64,000 bases of DNA from an uncultured archaeon (lineage in GTDB: Archaea; Asgardarchaeota; Thorarchaeia; Thorarchaeales; Thorarchaeaceae), in NCBI GenBank assembly GCA_964473825.1, contig CAYYQL010000007.1:30768-94767 (forward strand), given 5' to 3'. Both the position numbers and the translations under genes were made by a program. Each line of letters begins with the position of its first letter. Position 1 is the stretch's first letter. Below are positions 58,626 to 64,000 of this stretch, piece by piece. The notes below the pieces were generated by a model. It did not search any database, was not told the origin of the DNA, and saw nothing but the letters and a program-made list of their open reading frames with translations.

Positions 58626-59894
58626 CTAGAGTTCTTTCGAGAGTAGTTCTCCGAGTCGGGAAATCCCCTCAGAGATGATCTCGGGCGTTGCATAACAGAA
58701 CCCGAGCCGCATAGTATTGGGCTGGGGTACAGATGGTTTCAAGTCGTTGCCATTGTCAGTCAGATAATAGCCATTGATTGGATAGAAGGGACCTCCAGGC
58801 ACATAGAGAACATCATTTGGCAATGCAACTTCCTCCATGAACCTGCTGCTGTTGAAGTCTTTCTTTTCGCTCTCCCACCAGATGAAGAAGCCTCCGGTCG
58901 GGTCAGTCCTCTTGCCAGCAGGGAATGACTCATCCATGGCCTTTGCCATCGCTACGTACCGCTCCTTATACTTGGGAACGATTTCCTTCATCGCCACATC
59001 AATGTAGTTCTTGTAGTATTCGTCTAGGATACGCTGTATCAGTGTTGATGTACAGAGGTCTAAGTAGCCCTTGTCTTTGAGAACCTGTTCACGCAGATTT
59101 GGAGGCATGATGGAATAGCCAACTCGCAGAACCGCAGCCTCTTTGCTCGTAGTTCCAAGATAAGCAACACGACGGTTCTCTTTGTCAAGGGTCTTTATCG
59201 GGGGTGGGTTCTTCTTGAACTGAATTTCCGCGTATGCAGAGTCCTCAACAAGAAGAGTATTGTGGTTCTCACATATATCAAAGAGGGCCTGACGCCGTTT
59301 CATGGGGAGAGTAGTTCCCTTTGGGTTATCAGAGTCTGGCACCACGTAGACAATGTCAGGCAACTTGCCAAACTTCATCTTAGACACATGGATCGCCTTC
59401 TCCACATACTCTGGAATGATTCCATCAAGATCCGTTGGCACAGTTATGACCCTAGCTCCGAGCTTGACCGCAGGGACAAGAAAGCCGAGATATGCGGGCG
59501 AGGTGGTTATGATGACATCACCGGGGTCAATCATCGTATCAAGAATTGCGTAGATGGCCTGTTGGGAACCATTTGTCACTGACACACATTCATACTGCTC
59601 CTCGCAGTCTATCGGTATATTCCGGACATCGTGCAGGCGCTTGGCCAGAGTCTTAAGAAACCAAGGCTGGCCGCCTGTAGGCCCATAGTTGAAATCTTCC
59701 AGTGCAAGCTTGGGATCCTCTTTGTAGAGCTCAGAAAGATCGGCCATAATCTTCGCGAAAATTTCTGTCGGGATGATACCCGGCTTACCGCCTGCGAAGT
59801 AGTATGGAACGCTATACTTCAACAGGGTACGAATCTGAGACTCCTCAATGAAAGAGGTCCAGGCTGCAAAATTATACCCGTCTGAATCGGTCAT
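58626..59894 (-). CDS. PLP-dependent aminotransferase (fold type I, class I/II).
   Basis: PLP-lysine region LGTTSKEAAVLRVGY. About 420 aa. Confidence 0.7.
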   Translation of the reverse strand: MTDSDGYNFAAWTSFIEESQIRTLLKYSVPYYFAGGKPGIIPTEIFAKIMADLSELYKEDPKLALEDFNYGPTGGQPWFLKTLAKRLHDVRNIPIDCEEQYECVSVTNGSQQAIYAILDTMIDPGDVIITTSPAYLGFLVPAVKLGARVITVPTDLDGIIPEYVEKAIHVSKMKFGKLPDIVYVVPDSDNPKGTTLPMKRRQALFDICENHNTLLVEDSAYAEIQFKKNPPPIKTLDKENRRVAYLGTTSKEAAVLRVGYSIMPPNLREQVLKDKGYLDLCTSTLIQRILDEYYKNYIDVAMKEIVPKYKERYVAMAKAMDESFPAGKRTDPTGGFFIWWESEKKDFNSSRFMEEVALPNDVLYVPGGPFYPINGYYLTDNGNDLKPSVPQPNTMRLGFCYATPEIISEGISRLGELLSKEL

Positions 59895-60092
59895 TCATAT
59901 TCCTCCAAGAGACAGATTGGTGGTCTGTAGCAAACAGCCATCAGCGTCATGTACAACTCTGTACATTTGCAGGAGTATCATAACACAGTTCGCACTTATC
60001 TGTTTCTTTCATTTCACTCGTTTGGATGCTCGAAATAGTTCGACGGTGTACAATATTGTGCACAGCAGCCAAAGGATTCGTGTCTTCGTTAA

Positions 60093-60878
60093 TCAGTACG
60101 TCTCATCAGCAAGATTTCTGGCGGCCGAACGAGGATTCTCAGCATCGCAAATAGAACGGGCAACAATCACATAGGAGGCACCTGCGTCTATTGCATCTCG
60201 AGCCCTTCCACCCTGAGCACCAACGCCAGGACTCAATATGGGGACGTCTGGGCCCAACAGGTCGCGAACTTCCCGAATCTTGTTGGGGTACGTTGCACCG
60301 ACGATGACTGCATCAGCGTCCCAGGATTGTGCTCTCTGAGCGAATGTCATGTACAAAGGCTCGTGCCTCTTCTTCTTCTCATCTGTTGCCACATAGAGAC
60401 CATAGCCCTCGTCCGCAGCAGGATGAGACATGTAACAGAGTGTTATGACCGCCCTCTTTCGCTCGCGTGCCAACTTAAACACGGTATCCAATCCGCCCTC
60501 CCAACCTACTAGAGGGTTGGCAATGACTGCATCAAATCCCGCATCGAAATAGTACCGTGTGATCCAACCGTTCGTGTTTCCGATGTCGTTTATCTTGCAG
60601 TCCATGATTGCCAACAGGCCCTCTCTGTGAATACTCTCAACGAGGCGTCTTATACCATCGAAGAGACCTAGAGGCAGGACCAGTTGCCGATTGAACTTGT
60701 AACCGACCACAGACTCCGAAGTCTGCTGGATGATGTCTTTGGCACGAGTCTCCAACTCTGATCGCGTAGCTGCGAGCCGACCCTCAATGAGCTGTGGAGT
60801 ATCAGCCGTGAGGTCGAGTCCCACTATGAGGCGGGTCTTTCTGACGAAAGCAGCTGCGGATAATTTGCTCTTGAGCAA
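60093..60878 (-). CDS. pyrF: Orotidine-5'-phosphate decarboxylase (type 2).
   Basis: LIVGLD, and DCKINDIGNT matching the DxKxxDIxNT active-site motif. Confidence 0.8.
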   Translation of the reverse strand: MLKSKLSAAAFVRKTRLIVGLDLTADTPQLIEGRLAATRSELETRAKDIIQQTSESVVGYKFNRQLVLPLGLFDGIRRLVESIHREGLLAIMDCKINDIGNTNGWITRYYFDAGFDAVIANPLVGWEGGLDTVFKLARERKRAVITLCYMSHPAADEGYGLYVATDEKKKRHEPLYMTFAQRAQSWDADAVIVGATYPNKIREVRDLLGPDVPILSPGVGAQGGRARDAIDAGASYVIVARSICDAENPRSAARNLADETY

Positions 60879-60952
60879 TCTGCTACCTCTCCCAACTTCT
60901 TCTTCTAAGGACGGGTCACGTATGCTTATATTACATTTGGAGTCTGGAGTGT

Positions 60953-62011
60953 GTGGGAGCGGCGTCCTTGAAACCAGATTGGCTCATGACACGATTTGTT
61001 GTCGTCCTGATTGCAGTCTTCTCTCCAGTGTACTTCTTCATTCTTGTGTTTCTGCTTCCCTTCCAGATGACCCCCTTTCAGAATAGTCTGCATAATCTTC
61101 TGTTCCAGTATCTAGTGGTCCCTTCAGTCTTCTCGGCCACCTGGGTCCTGCTGATATACTTCCACAGATACCGACTGGCAAACACGGTTCATCTCATGCA
61201 GGAGTCTACGACTGCTGTTCCGCTACGATGGAGAGTGTTCTACGGGATGAATGCCGCCTTTGTCCTGATGTTCTTCATCTTACCCATGGTTACAGCCCCA
61301 TTAGCCATCATAGGAGGATTCATTGTCGCTGGAAACGTCTTCTATAACGCCGCGCTGGGAAGACTTGGAAGAAGTAAGATTGCCACCCTCTTTGCAGTCC
61401 TCATTGCAATCGCTCTCTGCATTCTACCATTCCTCATAATGGTTGAGTTTGTCCCGAACTATCTAGATGTTTGGGATAGCATACTCTCATCATGGACCGG
61501 CCTCGGTTTCATGATTGTGTATGGAATAGCTCAATGCCTTGTGAATGCTCTAAGTTTCGGTGCACCTGTGCACTTTGTCTACTATGCCGCTGAGGAGTAT
61601 GATAGAGGACTCTATGGTCAGGTGTATACAAAGACTCCATCCAACATGATTCGTGTTGGTCAAGCATTGTTATTTCTCATCTTCACAGTTCTATATTTGC
61701 CGCCTATACAGACACCTTTTGGCATCATCCCATTTGCAGATATGTCGTGGCTGTTCATGGACTACATCAACTGGATATCGCTCGGTATCGTCACAATCAT
61801 GATCCTTGTGAGAAGATACTTCCAAGTCGAGGGAGATACAACGCTGGGGAGTACCTCAAACATAGTTGTTGTTGCCCTGTTCCTGATAGTTGAGATCTTC
61901 TTCAAGACGGACCTTCTCATCGTCACGATAGTCATTTGGCTGGCATTCTTTCTGTTTGCAGGAGTCATCATTGCTAACTACCTACGAGCATCATCTCGGG
62001 AGATGTATTAA
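60953..62011 (+). CDS. Polytopic membrane protein of unknown function (about 9 TM).
   Basis: Hydrophobic profile only. Confidence 0.5.
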   Translation: MGAASLKPDWLMTRFVVVLIAVFSPVYFFILVFLLPFQMTPFQNSLHNLLFQYLVVPSVFSATWVLLIYFHRYRLANTVHLMQESTTAVPLRWRVFYGMNAAFVLMFFILPMVTAPLAIIGGFIVAGNVFYNAALGRLGRSKIATLFAVLIAIALCILPFLIMVEFVPNYLDVWDSILSSWTGLGFMIVYGIAQCLVNALSFGAPVHFVYYAAEEYDRGLYGQVYTKTPSNMIRVGQALLFLIFTVLYLPPIQTPFGIIPFADMSWLFMDYINWISLGIVTIMILVRRYFQVEGDTTLGSTSNIVVVALFLIVEIFFKTDLLIVTIVIWLAFFLFAGVIIANYLRASSREMY

Positions 62012-62012
62012 C

Positions 62013-62453
62013 ATGTACAAGAATCCAGTTCCTACCGTGGATGCCATCATCTATGACAGCGGGAACATCGTACTCATCAGAAGAGGCCAAGAACCCTTCA
62101 AGGGAAAATGGGCGCTTCCAGGAGGATTCGTGGAGTATGGAGAAACAGTGGAACAGGCAGCAATCAGAGAGATGAAAGAAGAGACCTATCTCGATGTAAG
62201 GCTCATTGAACTTCTGGGAGTATATAGCGCTCCAGACCGTGATCCACGAAAGCACACCATCTCAACAGTCTTCGTAGCCCAGCCCACTAAAGGGGAACTC
62301 AAGGGAGGCGATGACGCCTCGGAAGCCGCTTGGTTTTCGCTAGAAACACTCGATCTATCATCGCTGGCCTTTGACCACTCACAGATAGTTCGGGATATGA
62401 TTGCCTGGACTGAACACCACGGGACCTTCTGGTCCACCAAACAGGGAAACTAG
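62013..62453 (+). CDS. Nudix hydrolase.
   Basis: Nudix box GGFVEYGETVEQAAIREMKEETYL. The start is taken at the ATG (MYKNPVPTVD) just after the upstream stop. Confidence 0.8.
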   Translation: MYKNPVPTVDAIIYDSGNIVLIRRGQEPFKGKWALPGGFVEYGETVEQAAIREMKEETYLDVRLIELLGVYSAPDRDPRKHTISTVFVAQPTKGELKGGDDASEAAWFSLETLDLSSLAFDHSQIVRDMIAWTEHHGTFWSTKQGN

Positions 62454-62806
62454 AAGTCCAGTATCTCAAGCTTCTCAGTAAGACGAATCACCGGGAGATG
62501 AACAATCATTGGTTCGGACTCGATGGCCTTTACGAAGCTCACAGACTCCTTCGGTCTGGACTTGTAGGCCATGAAACTGCCTTCAGGTGGGCCATCTCCT
62601 TCTGTATATACCCAGAGAGGGAGGCCGTAATGCTCATAGTAGCCGTGATTGGAAATCAATGTGCCGTAGATGTGTTGGCCATTGTGCTCAAAATAGATCA
62701 TACTTGCGGGGCGGTCACGTTGAGACCAGGACACCAGCATTCTTGCAAGATCAACCATACTTGAGATATGCATGTTTACAGGCGGGCGAAGATCTTCTTT
62801 GCTCAT
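62450..62806 (-). CDS. Hypothetical protein (118 aa).
   Basis: ORF only. Tightly follows the upstream ATPase-like gene. Confidence 0.35.
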   Translation of the reverse strand: MSKEDLRPPVNMHISSMVDLARMLVSWSQRDRPASMIYFEHNGQHIYGTLISNHGYYEHYGLPLWVYTEGDGPPEGSFMAYKSRPKESVSFVKAIESEPMIVHLPVIRLTEKLEILDF

Positions 62807-62857
62807 CGGGTCACACCGTTGGCTTCTCTTTGCCTTTCCTGCTTATAAGCCATAGTA

Positions 62858-64000
62858 TCAGTATGATATGGTCTTTGCGAACGCTCGGATCGAATTGGCC
62901 AGAGAGGACACTTGACCCTGCTTCTCAGCCGTCACCACGACAGAAACACATGTGCGTCCCTCGCTTGTGCCTCCAGCCAGACAAGCGCGGGTCGATTTGC
63001 CCGTGAAGCGAAGGAACGAAAGATCATCCTGGTCTTTCATCGAATCGAATTTCAGTCCTGACGCCAGCAAGGCGACTACTGCCCTCTTCACCATAGACAT
63101 GGGTTCTGAGCCATCCTCACAGAGACTGATCTGGTCACGTTCAACCGCGTTACTGTGGAAAAGGAATCGGTGGGACACACGTGAATAGAGTACCTTTCGT
63201 ACCATGGCTCTTTCGAGAAGACCCGGTGAAACATCACCAAAAATTCGCGTCTTGGCCTGGGATAGATTAATACCAGAGTCTTCCAGCGAAACTTCGGGAG
63301 CTGCTACTTCGGTGACCTCAGTCTTGCTCGGCTCCTCAGCAAGAGGGTGCCTTGGTGCAGGGTCATCGGTTATGGAATACTCTTGCTTCTGGCGACTGAA
63401 TAGCACTTTCGCATATTCACGAATCCACTCATCGAGCGCCTCCCAATCCTCACGGCTCATCTTCACCGGAGGCTTTGGAACCTCAGGAAGATAGTCCAGT
63501 TCACTCGCTTCATCACCGGGAGTTGAAGCGGACTCGGTTTCCTCCGCGGTATCTTCAGGCTCGTCCACCTCGAACGACTCCGAAGGCATCAGTTTTGCTG
63601 CTTCGAAGAGACTTGATAGTCTGTCCGTACCCCCATGTTTCGACAGTCGAGGGCGGACCTGCATCAGAAAGCCACGGCGATTCTCGGTAGTCTGATCAAA
63701 TGCCAGGGCAACACCGCGAGGGAGACTACTGATGAAGGCCTTGTCGCGAAACACCTCAGGCATGACAGCGGGAGCTCGCTGTTGGAGTGCCTTGATGTCC
63801 CCATCATGTGACAGCGAATGAGAAAGGATTATGTCGGCCTGTGATATCGCATCATCAGACACTGCAGACGGTTGCTGTGTGCAGAGAACCAGACTGCAAC
63901 CAAAACGACGACCCAGCTTGGCATAGCTGATGATTGCATCCTTTGCAGGTGTTGTCCCTGTTCTTGGTACAAGAGTGTGAGCCTCATCAATGACCAGCCA
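62858..64000 (-). CDS. HerA/DUF87-like P-loop ATPase C-terminal region with a long acidic C-terminal extension. 5'-partial, running past the window end.
   Basis: The frame is open to the window edge. Walker B LVIDEAHTLVP, and then GRRFGCSLVLCTQQPS, which resembles the HerA/FtsK-type motif RKYGVGLxLASQRPS. A roughly 330-aa tail follows, rich in E/D. Confidence 0.55.
   Translation of the reverse strand, partial: WLVIDEAHTLVPRTGTTPAKDAIISYAKLGRRFGCSLVLCTQQPSAVSDDAISQADIILSHSLSHDGDIKALQQRAPAVMPEVFRDKAFISSLPRGVALAFDQTTENRRGFLMQVRPRLSKHGGTDRLSSLFEAAKLMPSESFEVDEPEDTAEETESASTPGDEASELDYLPEVPKPPVKMSREDWEALDEWIREYAKVLFSRQKQEYSITDDPAPRHPLAEEPSKTEVTEVAAPEVSLEDSGINLSQAKTRIFGDVSPGLLERAMVRKVLYSRVSHRFLFHSNAVERDQISLCEDGSEPMSMVKRAVVALLASGLKFDSMKDQDDLSFLRFTGKSTRACLAGGTSEGRTCVSVVVTAEKQGQVSSLANSIRAFAKTISY

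Noticed and set aside
1-64000. CRISPR arrays, tRNA/rRNA genes, and integrase or transposase genes.
   Set aside because: No regularly spaced direct repeats, no tRNA-like cloverleaf sequences in the intergenic regions I inspected, and no recombinase motifs.

Overview
This 64-kb window is a gene-dense chromosomal segment of about 55 protein genes with an archaeal character. A Ras/Rab-like small GTPase, a leucine-rich-repeat protein and TPR proteins together suggest an Asgard-group archaeon, possibly Thorarchaeota-like given roughly 50% GC. This lineage call is inference only. I found no rRNA, tRNA or CRISPR arrays and no obvious mobile elements.

The main systems, from start to end:
- A 5'-truncated cell-surface protein built of tandem Ca-binding DxDxDG repeats.
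- A compact minus-strand operon: two tandem paralogous membrane proteins, an ArsR-type HTH regulator and a DUF4097 'toastrack' protein. It is preceded by a palindromic 35-bp element that recurs 5 kb away.
- Two ABC exporter pairs.
- A lipoylation cluster: two radical-SAM LipS-like proteins, two LplA paralogs (one carrying an extra Cys-rich C-terminal domain) and an FAD-dependent reductase.
- A tetrahydrofolate C1 operon: formate-THF ligase, FolD, and a eukaryote-like bifunctional formiminotransferase-cyclodeaminase.
- A RuBisCO-superfamily protein that looks more like a RuBisCO-like protein than a carboxylase, lying convergent with an FGGY sugar kinase.
- Secreted S8 subtilisin, and an S9 peptidase interrupted by an in-frame TAG.
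- A Rab-like GTPase with an unknown downstream partner.
- The most unusual item: a BshB/BshA/BshC-like bacillithiol-type low-molecular-weight-thiol biosynthesis cluster.

ORF-track start codons are often too far upstream, and I give refined starts where N-terminal motifs indicate them. Protein-family calls rest on motifs read by eye, not database searches.
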